Shown here: positions 20,997-34,700 of the stretch, piece after piece
How the letters are laid out: every line of letters starts with the position of its first letter
How positions within the stretch are numbered: the first letter of the stretch is position 1
Assembly: GCA_017460085.1 (NCBI GenBank)
Contig: JAFUBQ010000021.1
Location: forward strand, 9,228 to 73,227
Reading direction: 5' to 3'
From: Alphaproteobacteria bacterium
Lineage (GTDB): Bacteria; Pseudomonadota; Alphaproteobacteria; RF32; CAG-239
DNA length: 64,000 bases
Made by a program: the position numbers and the translations under genes
Notes under the pieces: generated by a model
Seen by the model: the letters and a program-made list of their open reading frames with translations, nothing else
Told to the model about the DNA's origin: nothing
Databases searched by the model: none

Positions 20997-21127
20997 TGGT
21001 GAAGGAAACTATCAGGCTACGTAGTTTTCTATACTTTTGAGCATATATTAAATCAGTGTATATGAAGATATTTATCTGGACTTTTCTTTATTTCCAAGCG
21101 TTGCTGACCATAACGAAAGGAAATGCC

Positions 21128-21394
21128 ATGAAAATAAAGAAATACCAAAATATAACACCAAGCAACAGAACAAATTTTGCAATGGTCTACCATCATGCCG
21201 GACGAACATTAACCCAGATTGAAACACTACTAAAAAACGCTTATGGTAAGCCTTTACCAACAAGACCTCAAAACCGACTTGATCGAATGAAATTTAAACT
21301 TGAACAGATGGCTGCTCGCCATAAACAGCGTGAAGATGAATTAAAATCAGCTTATAAAACAATCAAAAGCTATAAATCCGCTCAAGATATTTAA
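21128..21394 (+). CDS. Hypothetical basic protein (88 aa from MKIKKY)
   Basis: RBS AAAGGA 6 nt upstream of the ATG at 21128; no family recognised; convergent with the pyrD-like pseudogene. Confidence 0.3.
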   Translation: MKIKKYQNITPSNRTNFAMVYHHAGRTLTQIETLLKNAYGKPLPTRPQNRLDRMKFKLEQMAARHKQREDELKSAYKTIKSYKSAQDI

Positions 21395-22297
21395 TTTTGA
21401 CTCTTGACTAACATAACCGTTGACCATAACTTCAGTGTAGACCTGAACCGCATCGGCACCGACCGTCATATATTCCGCCGCATCGTGCCAATTAGAGATG
21501 CCGCCGATACCTAAAATCGGCAAACCGCTGTTTTGGCGGATTTGTGCCACGCAGCGCAGACCGATTGGCTTCACCGAAATGCCGGAATAACCGCCGAACG
21601 TTGTTTTGCCGTTCACATTCGGCATTGGCTCAAACGTATCCAAATCTACTCCCATTAACGACTGCACGGTATTGATGGCTGAAATGCCGTTACAACCTGC
21701 TTTTTCCACCGCTTTTGCAATTTCCGCGATATTCGTTACATTCAGCGAAAGTTTTACAAACACCGGCTTTTTTGCAACTTCCATCACCCAACCGGTAATC
21801 ATTGCTGAAATCTCTGCACTGGTACCGATTGCCATACCGATACCTTTTTCCGGCATACCGTGCGGACACGAAAAATTCAGTTCGAAGGCATCGACTTCGG
21901 AATTATTAAACGTGCGCACCAGATTTGGCCATTCTTCTTTTTTCACTGGAGCCATAATGCTGGCAATCTGCACTTTTGTTGGATGTTTTTGTTTCAAAAA
22001 TTTAATACCATCTAACCATTGTTGCACAGTTAAATGGCTTAAGAGTTCAATATTTTCAAAACCGCAAATTTTATTGCCGATTTTCCACGTGGCATAACGC
22101 TGAGAAGCTTCAATCATCTCCAAATCTCAGGTGTGATGGTTTTAAGCACCGCTCCGCCCCAACCGAGTGTAAAGGCTTCATCAATGCTTTCTATCTTAGC
22201 TGTCGGTGGCGCGGAAGCCAAGATAAACGGGTTTTCAAAATCTATTCCCAAAACAGATGTTTTTAGTGTTGCTATATTATACCTCCTAGCAGTTTTT
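21347..22297 (-). pseudogene. Dihydroorotate-dehydrogenase-family (PreA / dihydropyrimidine dehydrogenase-like) gene disrupted by a frameshift, with no canonical start codon
   Basis: The N-terminal piece (...TSVLGIDFENPFILASAPPTAKIESIDEAFTLGWGGAVLKTITPEIWR*) ends at a TGA near 22116. The remainder (EASQRYATWKIGN...NFSCPHGMPEKGIGMAIG...GGIS...) continues in another frame from a TTG at 22123. The SCPHGM active-site region is PreA/DPD-like. No ATG/GTG/TTG lies between the upstream gene's TAG and the conserved N-terminus. Confidence 0.55.
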
Positions 22298-22708
22298 CTA
22301 TTCTTTAATAATACTCAAACTGTCTTCTTTTTCGCCGACATAAGTAACAACGATTTCGGCATCTTCAGAGCCGGTGCTTTCGCCGTAGTGCCAAATGTCT
22401 ACCAATTCAACAATCGGATCACCAGGGTGTAAAACCAATACATCGCCGTTTTCCGAACGAACAGTTAATTCGCCCTTGGTCAAATAGCCGATATTCAAGA
22501 TCGGATGCTTGTGCATCGCCAATTTTTCGCCGGCCGGAATGGTAATTCTGAGCATCGTAATTTGCGGATGGTCAATGTTAATTGGCTTAATTGCCTGTTT
22601 ATTCCAATGTGCATCTGTTTGGATAACCGTTTCAGAATTAGCCGCATAAGCCGCAGATGACAGCAGAACACCGGCAGATAAAAATAAATATTGCATATAC
22701 TTTTTCAT
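22298..22708 (-). CDS. Secreted cupin-domain protein
   Basis: Signal peptide MKKYMQYLFLSAGVLLSSAAYA. Cupin-like His/Glu motif region (HKHPILNIGYLTKGELTV...HPGD...WHYGE). Confidence 0.6.
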   Translation of the reverse strand: MKKYMQYLFLSAGVLLSSAAYAANSETVIQTDAHWNKQAIKPINIDHPQITMLRITIPAGEKLAMHKHPILNIGYLTKGELTVRSENGDVLVLHPGDPIVELVDIWHYGESTGSEDAEIVVTYVGEKEDSLSIIKE

Positions 22709-22737
22709 AACAATTCCTTTCTCATGTGAAATCCATT

Positions 22738-25700
22738 TTATTTCTCGGCCATTTTCAGATATCTGTATGCAAGTTTGTTATAAACGCTTGCAGGCATATC
22801 CAAGAATTTGACAGTGGCATAATGCTTGTCAATACCTATTACTTTGCAATGAATAGCTGCCTTAACGTCATCAAACATCAAATTCAATACCTGTTCATCA
22901 CCAAGCTGCCAATTATCCTTATTAACAACAATGGCACTGTCACGCGTTAATTCTATAATTTTTACATTGGTCAACAGTCCGTTGTCTTTCCAAACATCGT
23001 ATTTAGCAACAGATGCTTCCGGCATCACGTATGTATTATAATAACCGTAGTAATCCTTAGCCTTTTGGCGAATTTCTGTTTCTTTCAAGCCTAAACGCAC
23101 GAAACTATTTTCATCGCCGAAGGTATTGACCAATTTATCCCAATCATAATGAACCACCGGTGCCATTGTATGGAATTTGATTTTTTCATCCATATTCAAA
23201 CCGAAACTACCGGTCTTTTGCGTATAAAGCTGAACATTAGACGGCACTAACCGGCGATAATCATTATCCACCACCGCTAAATATCTGTTGCTGTCAATAT
23301 CGCGATTGCCGTTTCTGATTTCGGCATAGTTATTGATATAGCTGTCGTGGATAATTAAATTTGTATCCATCGTGTTGATATAAGCATTGTCAGCATATAA
23401 TGTATTAAACTCAACACCGCGCTCGTCGTCAGCGTAATCATTCATCGAAATGACCGCGTTTTTAGTTTTAAAGCCATAATCACTTATATTATTTTCTTTG
23501 TTTTGGAAACGCGTCGGAATATTGTCAAACGAATACTGTTTTTCATAATCATTGCGCTGTGGATTATTCACCCATTCATTAACGACCTTATCATCAACAC
23601 CGGAAATATTAAGTCTGATAGCTTTACCTTCACCGAAAGTGTTAATTCCTTTTGCTTCGTATACTGTTCCGCTACCGCCGAACTGCGCATCCGAATAAGT
23701 TTTTTGAGTTTGCTTATATCCATTCGGATTATTTTTAGTGGAAACATCAGAATCCGGAGCTTTAGCCGAATTAACATAGATATTATCGGCCATCAATACT
23801 ATATCACTTTGATAATTTTCATCCTGAGTGCCGCGAACCGTCATTGAATAAATTTTCAAATTAGAATCACTGCGTTCCGGTGTATCAACAGCATCTAAAA
23901 CGCTGATATTCACATATTGCGGAACAACACTTTTTTCCGGTGCCGCCGAATCAAAACCGTAAACTAACTCATCGTGCGGATAAAGCATATCAGTAAATGA
24001 GGCAGTATCTTCAGCTGGCATACCTAAATTCATAATCGCCAAATTCTGAGCTTTTTGCATTATTATAAGCTCTTTGTTGGACGTTATTTCCTTGATGGTA
24101 GCATTAGATGTCAAATCTAAATCAATTGCACCGTGCTTAGATATCATTTGATAAATCTTCGTTTCATTGCCCGAATTCGCTTTGCCGCTCATATACAAAT
24201 CGTTCTCCGCTTCCAAGCTGACCGATGATTGCGAATCTGTTGCCGTATTTTGCAGATACGTCAGTTTTTTGCCTTTTTCCCCTATATTGTTGCTGGCAAT
24301 AACGGAAATATTCTGACCGCTGATATTGACATCATTATTATTCGCTGCATTCAATACGGAATATCCAATAAAATATGCCTCATCATCAGGTGTCGGACGA
24401 ACATCAGCTTGTTTCCAATCTGCCGCCGTTAAAATAACATTGCCATCAGTCGTTATATTCTGAACATTTAAATCAGAATCTTTAGCACGCAAGTTAATCA
24501 GACGATTGTCGGTCTTGTCATTGTTAGTCGCTTGCGCATTCACAACTCCGCTAACATTCACATTGACCGAATCCGTCCAATCACGAGTAGACGCATCAAT
24601 CGTAAAGCCAGGACGCGCGTTATCGGTGTATCCGATATCACCGTCCGTTACATTCATTGTCAAATCTCCGTTTGCCGTCAACAAGGTCTTATACGATTGC
24701 TCATTTTTACCCAAATCAGCATTTTGATGCAGGCTGCCAGATGTATCAATAATTCCATTCAAAACATTGCCGTTTTGCTGATTGATAGCAATATTTCCAT
24801 CTGCGGTTTCAACATAGTCATCATTATTGCTTACCAATTCGCCGATTGTTAAATCAGAATCTTTATTTGTTATCACAATATTTTGTTTATCAGCCAAAAC
24901 TTTGCCTTCAACCATTATTCCTTTGGCTCCGGTGTTTGAAATTTCAATATTACCGTCACTGTTATGAATTTGACCGGTTGTGGCAAGTTTCATACCGTCG
25001 GCAGACGTATTGGCAACAGTCGTTTTGCCTTTAGTATTAACGACATTACCAGCAATATTTAATGCACCAGCATTGGAATTTGAAATTTCAAGCTTACCGT
25101 TTGTAACAGACACACTGCCGGTTGTTGTAATATCTAAAGCTCCATTTCCGGAATTTTTAACATTTATATTACCGCTGCCTGAGTGTTCTACTAAACCGGC
25201 AAGTGTAAATTTACTACCATTATTTTCGGCCGTTATATTTCCGCTTTCAAGATTTTTAATTTCAGCGCCGTCTGCAACCGTCAAATCCCCTTTATTATTT
25301 GTAACTGTTGTATTACCTTTAGTATTAGAAACTTTTGCCGTGGCGGTAAATTCAGCACCTTTGGAACCATTGTTGGTAATTGAAATATTACCGTTTTTAT
25401 CGGTGATGCTGCCGGATACGGATATTTTATCACCGGTATTTACCACGGTAATATCACCTTTTTCATCAGTAATATTACCTGTAACATTCAAAATGCCGGC
25501 ATTGGAATTGGTAATTTTCACATTGCCTTCTTTTTCTTCCACATCGCCGTTAACATTCAATGCGCCTGTTCCGGTATTATCAATAGAAACATTTCCGGTA
25601 TTTAATATATTACCCAAAATATCCGTATTGCCAGAGTTTGTATTTATATCAACACTGCCGGCCGAAATTATGGAAGCAATAACATTATCATCTTCATCGG

Positions 25701-28700
25701 TCTGCTGCTTTATTATCAAACCATTGTTTGCCGTAACGGTTAAAGCACCGGCAGTATCAACATTGCTACCAACAAAACTATTTTTGATAACACCGTCCAA
25801 TACAAGTTTGCCGGTTGAAATAATCTGTGTATCAGCCTTGGCAACAATCTTAGCTGTTGTTTCACTATTGTCTTTAACGTCCTCAGTATAAGAATGAGAA
25901 TATCCGCCATCGCTCTTGTTATTGGCAATATTATAAACATTTAGCTGTTTATTCGTTTGGTTATCAATTTTGATATTTTGATATCCGCTATAGGTTTTAA
26001 TATTACCTTCAACATCACCGCCGGATGAAACGTTAATGTTCACTGTTCCTCTCTTACTGCTATCAACACCTTTAACAGGGTTATTGATATGGTAAACATA
26101 TATCTGCCCGTCTTTATAAAGTGCCTTTATGTTATTTGCCTCATTAGCCCACGGTGTTGTGCCTAAGTTAATCAAGATTTTTTCACCGGTAACTGGGTCA
26201 TCAAGCAAGTCAGAAAGCATTTCATCGGTAATGGTCAGCGTTAAGTCTTTGTTATAACCGGCTGTAATATTGGCATCTATATCAACATCATTACCGCTGA
26301 TATTAACCGAATTTGCAGCAAACACATTTAACTCGCCATTGCAACGCCAAACAGCCGGAGAAGTTAAATTAACATCTCCTTTTGTTGATATTAGATTTAC
26401 TATTGACATACCGGCCGGATTAAAATCTTTTGCCGTAATTGAACCGGAATCATTAAATACGCTAAGCTGATGTCCGCCGGTATTAACTGTTCCGTTAAAG
26501 GTAATATCCGCAGTATACTCGGGGTGCGGTATGTTCTGATTTAGAGCAAAAGGATTTGCCGTATCATAGTAATTATTAACAATCACTCCCGAAAATCCCG
26601 TTCCGTCTTCGCTACTCACATAATGCGCACCTGATGTCCCGACCTGATTAAAGTCCGTATCATAAATCATATGACCAAACATATCTGTTCTGCCATACTT
26701 ATATGCATAAGCATTACTGCCGTTAACCGCTTTTTCGCTATCTACAAATTCACCGAAATTTTTATCACCGATAATCAGTCCGCTTTGATGAGCAGAACCT
26801 AAATCAATATTGTTAAATATTACGGAACGAGTTGAATAGTTTTCCACCTTTACGCCGGCAGCGGCAATATTAAATATGCCTAAACCACTAAGATTATTGT
26901 TCGTCATACCATCAAGTTTAATACGAGCAGTATCTGTTGTAATATCATTAAAGAGAATAGAATATTCTTCGCCTTTAACAATGGCAAATTCAGAAACATC
27001 CGTGTTTTCTATTTTCGTTTTCTGGTTTCTTAAAGCCGCCAATTCACTATTTAAATCGGTTATTATATTACCGTAGTTCGTAATTTTTATATCTAACGCA
27101 TCAATTTTTTCAGCAGCATTTGCCAGCGTTGTATCAAGTCCTTTAAGTTCATCACAGGTTTTAATATTATCAATGGTTGTCGGGTTGGTTACGCCGGCAT
27201 ATTTTTTACCGTCAAATGCAGTATAAGTCATAAACTTTTTATTTGTACTTATACCAAGTTTACCTTGAACAGCATCAAAGGCCGTTTTAACTGTTGCTTT
27301 TTGAGCATCTGTTAATCCTAAACTATCATCGTTTGCCCAATATGCACTCAAAGTAGAATAAACATTAACTGCCTTTTCAGGATCTGCTTTATTAGCTTCA
27401 ACAATTTCTTTTATTTTTGCATCGCTTTTTTCCTTAAATAAAGTATATTTTTCCGCTGTGATTTTATCTGCGCCATCTCCTACAATTTGCGACTGAATAT
27501 CATTTTGTATTTGTTCTTCAAAAGCGCTGATCGTTTTGCCTTCTGCCACCTCAATATTTAAGAGTGTATATTCTCCATCTACTAATTCTTTGAAATCAGC
27601 TTTAATATTTTCGGCAGATGTTTTTTCTCTGACATAAATTGCTTTTTCGCTATCCAAAACTTCTTTTTGAGCGGTAACGTCAGCTAAAATTTCTTCTGCA
27701 CTGGTTATTTTGCCTTCAATAGAATTAAGTCTTTGCTCTTTTATTGTAGCACCATCAGCTAACTCGCCGCCTTCAAGAGTATATGCATCGGCAGAAAAAC
27801 CTTGCGTTTTTTCTTCATCAATACTACCGTCTTTCTTGATGACAATATATTTACGGTTACCTTCGCCTGCCACCATTTTGCCATTAAGCTCCAAAGATGG
27901 ATTTATGTATTTATAATCGGAGTACCAGTAATCATCATCGGAAATAAGCCCCCATCCGCTGTTCGTTTCCCATATTATTTTAGAGAATACAGATCCCGAT
28001 CCTTCTGAATAGCTGACTTCAATATCTTTATTTGAAACAATTTCAGCCCCGCTTGGAACGATAAGTTTATTATTTACAGTCTTAGTTAAATATCCGCCCT
28101 CTTCAGTGTCGGCAACCAAAGCGGTGCTTTCCGTACGGGCTCTGTTATATAAATCATTATATGAGTTGTTCATATAATTTACATCTACAAGTTTGCCCGC
28201 AGTAATAGAACCGCTATTGTTTAATTCATTATTTACCGTCAGCCTTAAATAAGAATAAGCCTCAGCCGGAGCGGCAAAACCATACGCCTCCGATACAGCT
28301 TCAGAGCTCAATGTATTGTTTGAATCAAAATTAAATATCGTCTGATTATCCGCCTTAATAAGAGAACTGCTATCCAAACTAATCTTATTTGTATTTGTTT
28401 CATTCAGTTCAATATCGGCAGACGGAGCACCAACGAAACCTCTGTTGTCATTATCTGAAAACTGTTTGAACCATGAGCCGGTTTTTACTTCTAATTTGGC
28501 ATCATTTTCCGCATAAAGTTTGCTTGAATTTCTCAAGTCAATTTGACTTGTCTGGGTGAGCGTATTATCAACATCCACATCACTAACCGAAACAAGACCG
28601 CCGCCACCGGCATCATAATAAAATGTTTTGTTATCTTTTGATTTTATATTCGAAAGCGTATTCATATTTATATCATTTGCACGTATTTCCGAATTTTCTA

Positions 28701-31700
28701 AATTCAAATACGCACCTGAAGTATATGACCTGCTAAAGTTGCCATGTAAAACAGAAACAACGCCGCCACCGTTGTTTGAACCGGAATCGGCAACAATGGT
28801 ATTGTTTGTAACATTATACGCAATCGTATCGTTTGAATTTATATCCGCATTTTTAACATTTGTCGTTGTACTTGTGTTAAGCTCGGCATGGCTTGCACTT
28901 GTGCTCACATTCACAACACCGCCGGAACCATGCTTTGATATGGTATCAAATGTATTGGTAGAAGTGTTGTTTATGGTGATGTTGTTATTTGCAACATCTT
29001 TATCGGTTTTTAATCCATCAACGGTCAGTACAGAGTTTCCTCTTAATCTGTTTGATGTTTCGCTTGAACCATCATCATTTACATTGATTATACCTCCCGA
29101 ACCGGTGCTTATATCGGTAACGGAATTTCTGGTTGTTTGAAAATCAAACGCTGCTTGACCGGCATTAAAATCACCACCCAAAGAACCTGTTGTGGAAGAA
29201 TTCAAATCGGCATCTATGCGTATCCGCTGTCCGGATCCGACTAAACCGAAATTAAAACCGTATAAACTTGATTTTATATCCGAATTATGAATTGCATTAA
29301 TAATAGCATTTCCGGTTATGGTATTCGTCCCTGCCATAACCAAATCAAGATTACTTGTATCTTTGGCATCAAAACCGATACTGTTTACACCAACGATTAC
29401 CGTAACCTTTGTAGAATCAACGTCGGCATAAGCTTTTGAATTCAGATAGGAGTTAATATCCAATGAATCCGCTTTATGTTCTTTTGCTTTTAAGTATGTT
29501 TGAGATTTTGCGGTATTTTCTGCATTTGCAAATGTTCCGGCATAAGCTCCCAAACCGGATACTTCAACGCTCGAAGCTTCACTTTCAGCTTTTATCTTTC
29601 CGGCATCACCCGATATCAGAGCTTTAGCGGTTTCAATTTTTGTTTTGCCGACATTATCTATGGTAAGCCCTGTCAAACTATCGATACCAGATGTAAAATC
29701 AGCATTCATTTTCGCTCCGGACGTTGCCTGAGCTGCAGCACTGGCAGCAACAACACGAACAACACCTGTTTCTTGATAAGCCCGCATCGTTTTATAATCG
29801 GTTATAATATCAAGCCCTTTTGTATTAACTGTTCCTATTGTATCCTTAAGCAGAGCCTTTGTTTCCGTATTGGCTGACACATTACTCTTATTTCCGGTAT
29901 AAACCTGTGTAATTTGAACTTTTGTTGTGTGATTTTCAGATTTTAATTCAGTATCAGAGGTTGCATGAATTGTGAGTTTGCCAAGCTCATCTGTTTTCAA
30001 ATTTCCATCTGCGTCTTTTTTAGAAGCATTATTGTTAATGTTTGTATTACCGGTAATTTGCGCATAAGCATGATTTGAATCTTGTAAATCAACAATATCG
30101 ACACCGGCAAAGTCACCTGTTGAAACCATAACATGCGTTGTATCAACTTCCGCCTTGCTTTCGGAATATGATTTCACCGTTATATCATCTTTAGCATTAA
30201 CTGTTGTGTTCTTATTATTTCCACCGATTTGAGCAATAGTTTCGGAGCTGTTGTTGATAATATCACTCGCGTAAGTAACAACAACACCCGTAACATCCAC
30301 TGCTGTTCCGTGAATTTTTGTTTTTGCGTGCGATTCTGCATCAACAGTAATACCGCCGTTTTTGCTTTCAACATTTCCATCAACAATTCCGGCAATAGTC
30401 TTATTTGAAAATTTTATATTCTTAACATTACCGGCGGCAGTTATTCCTGTCACATTGACATTTACATAACCAAGGTCAACCGTATCATTATCGCCCTTAC
30501 CTTTTAAGGTGGTTTTAGATTTAATATTTATATCATCTGTCGTTTTTAAGTTACCTTTAACTCTGGCAATGGTTCCTGTCTCTTTTTCTTCTGCAGACGA
30601 CGATGGACTATAATGTCCGTCACTTTCAAACAAATTATAAATTGTTTTTGTTGTATCAACAGCCGTATCTACCTTGCTGGCTTCATCATCACCGGTATAT
30701 GCAGGAACTTTTCCCAGACGCATAACCGTAACATCGGCAGCCAATGCACCGGCCCCCACAACAACACCTACTTTTGATGTGTCGGTTGAATGTGTTGATA
30801 CAGCGCTGACATCAGCACTCTTGGCGTTAATCTGACCATCGGTGGATGATGTAGTTTCCGCTGTCACAATACTATCGGAATAATATAAGTTAATATTACC
30901 GCCAATTGCTACAAGACCTCCTGCAACATTAACACCGGTTGTATCTAACAAAGTATTGTCGCTCGCCTTAACAATTAAATTGCCCAAAGTGTTTATTTTT
31001 TGTGATTTTGCATCAATATATGCCTGAACTGTCGAATCTACATTATGTACAACAGCAGAAACCCCGGCCGCACCGCCTTTAATTGTTGCGGCAACACCGA
31101 CCGCCAAATCATAAAATTCTTTATTCGAAAATGCCTGAACATCAATCGAATCCGATGAATCGATAGCTGTATTGTCTATTTTAGCAAAATTTTTATTATT
31201 ATAAACATTATAAGACACTAATCCTGAAACACTAACTCCTTGTAATGTCGCACTTACGCCGATGCTGTGATTATCTATTTCATCTCTTTTATCTTTATTG
31301 GTATTTAATACAATATTGCCGGCCTTTTTTATTTTTGAATCTAAAATACTTGTTTCAACAACAGAGGTAATTTCGTTTATTATGACATTTCCGGCTAAAG
31401 CAACACCTTGGCCGCCCGCGGCAACACCGACCAGCCAGTTATTAAAATCAATCGTTGAATCGGCATTCAAAATAACATTTTTTGCCGTATCTACAATCGA
31501 GCCGGAATCTATAACGGCTTTTGTGATTGTATTATTATTATTTTTTACGGCAACGCCTGTTCCGGAAACTCCTTGCATAGCAAAACCTGCACCGACAACA
31601 ATATCTCTGGTATCAATATCTGTATTGGCTTGCATGGTTATAGCCGCATCATTTATTGTCGAACCGGAAATTTCCGCAAGTGTTTTGCCTTTTTTCTTGG

Positions 31701-34700
31701 CTTCATCTGTTTCATCAGATGAATCGCCATAATAATTTATGACAGGAGCTACTGCTATTGCCAAATTTTTTGAACCGGCGGCACTCACAACAATGTCTGA
31801 AGCATTAATATCTTCATCAGCGTTTATTTTTATTTCACCGGCATTGACTGTTGAATTTGCGATTTTTGCCGTATTTGTATCTTCTACGATATTATGAAGA
31901 ACATTAACCGCACCGGCAAATTTAGCGGAAGCATCTGCAGCAACAACAATCCGATTGCTGTCTTTTCTGTTCCATGAAGCCATTTCCAACTTGTTGCCAA
32001 GTGTTATATTAGAATTATTTGAAATTAAACTTGAAGTATCACTACCGTCATTTGTTACAATAACCTGAGCACCGACAGCGCCGTTACTGGATGCCGAAAC
32101 TTGTCCTGCAACAATGTTGCTGACAGAGCGATCCGTTGCCATCAAACTCAAATTATTTGCCGCAATATCGGCAAAAGTAACTTCTGCTTTGATTGCATCT
32201 TCAATCGTTTTTACAATAACAGCGCCGGAAACAGATACTTTTGCTCCAATGGCAAAGTTATAAAACATATTCCAATTTTCAAAACTGTTATCATAATTCA
32301 AACCGGAATAATTACCATCCTCACCCTTTTGCATTAAGGTATCATTATACCCTTCAGCAGTTATTTCATCTCTTTCATAGACTCCGCTACTGTTTTTTGT
32401 TCCGCCGAGCGAATTAACGGAAGCCGCAGCAACAGATACATTTCCTGCTGCTTTTATTTCATTTTTTTCATCATAATGAACTGTATGTTCATTGCCATCA
32501 TCATCTTTATATTTATAATCTTCTCTACCGATTTTAGCTTCCACGGTTTTTGAAATTAAATCACGATTGAACGAGCCGCCGACATTAGCTACAGTATCAG
32601 CCGCCGCAATTGCAAGTGTGCCGCCTCTGGTATAAAGCGTTGTTTCATCATAAGCGTTAACATTGATATTGTTGACTTTATTTTCATCAGTACCGATATC
32701 GCCTCTGATATAAGCCCTAACCGAATTATCAATGATATTGACACCGACGGTTGCCGCTAACATTGCCAAATTTTTATCGGTTGAAACAGATAAACCTACC
32801 GGAATAACATTGGCTTTTTCTTCACTTCTCGCACTAACCGTAACATTATTGGCTTTTAAGATTTTTGAATCCGCATCAATTTGAGCAAATATATTGTTTT
32901 CATATTGATTGACATCAACACTTCCGTTAACACCGACACCGGTTTTTGCGGAAGAATAATCAAACGAACCTGCAACCTGCAGATTTTCACTATCAGACTC
33001 CGCATTTACATTAACATCATTATCAGCAGTAACGGTTGAATTAATCGTTTGTGCGCTGATGACATCATGGATATAATCAATATTCGCACTACCGGCAAAT
33101 TCTATACCCAAACCGGAACCTGATGTTCCTGTTAAAATAGCACCGGCAACAGCAAATTCCATCAGATCGTTTTCGGCCTGAGCTTTGATATCTAGATTAT
33201 TGATATCATTAAGCGTTGAATCCTTAACATAAGAATGTATGGTATTATTAATATTATTGTAATTTAGTGCTGCCCCGGCAGAAACTCCGGCACTTGATCC
33301 GCTTGAATAAGAACCACCGCCGGCAATATTATAGATGTCCAAATCATTCTTGGCTTCAAGTTTTGCATTAATTTTTCCACCGTTTGAACCTATTGTTGAG
33401 CTGTTTATATAAGTATCAATTTCCGGTTTTAAAACATTTGCTGAAGCACTGCCTCCAGCCACCGCTTTGAAACCGGCACTGTTTTGTTCATCATTTGTTG
33501 CGGCTCCGACACCGATTGCAATATTGATAAATCCATTCTTGTTATCAGCCGTCACATCTAATTTAGGCGTTTCTCCTTTAAATGTCACATTGGAACTGTC
33601 CACATAAGACTTTACCGTACCGCCTTGTTTATACACATTAACTGCCGCTCCGGCACCGATTTTTTTGGAACCGGCTACACCGCCTGAAATATTGAGCATT
33701 TTATTTTCTCGATCGGCATCAACAGTTACGGACTTTTTTGCATTGATATTTGAATAGTTAATAGAAGATTCAACCTTTGTATCATCATTTGTTACATTTA
33801 CCGCACCTGCAGCCGACAGAGAAAATGCCGAACTCGGATTATTCACTGCGCCGCCTGTCGGGTCTTTCTTTATATAGTCATTGATAACATTCAAATTATC
33901 ATTATTTCCATCATTTTGGGCATCACTTTTAAGTAACAGCGACTTTCCATTGCTGCTCAAAGCAAATTTATTGTTTGCATCGATACCGCTGTTAAGATTG
34001 CTGTCTATATCTTGAGAGGCAGCAAGATAATTTGCCGCATTGAAATTGTTTAATGAATTTAGAGCATTGAGATTATTATCAGCACCTTGTTGAGGATCGC
34101 TGTCCGCAACCATCATCCTTATTTGCTTATCAGTAAAACCGCCGTCTTTGTAGAACTGATACAGCCAATCTGAAATTCCGCCGGGGTTATTGGGGTTAGG
34201 ATCTTGGCTGAGATTATCAAGCCTTGAATTGCCGGAGTTATTCTGATTACCGCCTCTCATCTCACGCATAATTTGATTTTCGGTCAGTCCGGCATCAAGC
34301 AATTCTTGAAAAACTTTAATTTCCGCATCAGAAAAACCTTCGCCATGTAAACTCTGATATTTTTCATCAGTCATTCCGGCCGGTTTATTCGGATAAGGGT
34401 TAATATTAGGCTGTTGTCCGCCACCGAGTATTTCATTGCGCTCTTCTTCCGACATACTGCCAAAATACTCTTCTATTGCTTGATCAGACATCCCGTTTTC
34501 ATCATGCAATATCCTATATTGTTCATCAGTTAAACCGCCTGGATTTTTGCCGTCAGAACGGATAGCTGTCGCTATTTTGAGGGCTTCATTCGGTGAATAT
34601 CCCTGATCAATCAATATTTGATAATGCAATATTCTGTTATCGCTTATACCTTTTGCTACAAGTTCTTCATAAGTTGCATCAGACATACCTTCCGGCTTCA

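Noticed and set aside
20580-21000. Possible CRISPR array suggested by closely spaced direct repeats
   Set aside because: Units are ~110-150 bp with a ~50-bp linker, not 25-40-bp repeats with unique spacers. Internal palindromes and terminator-like hairpins fit a REP/MITE-like or RNA element instead. No cas genes are nearby.
24980-25891. 303-aa + strand ORF (and many 60-170-aa + strand ORFs between 23500 and 39000) inside tpsA
   Set aside because: Antisense to the 5574-aa TpsA reading frame. Low-complexity Leu/Pro/Ser-rich translations, no start signals. These are artefacts of a long repetitive gene.
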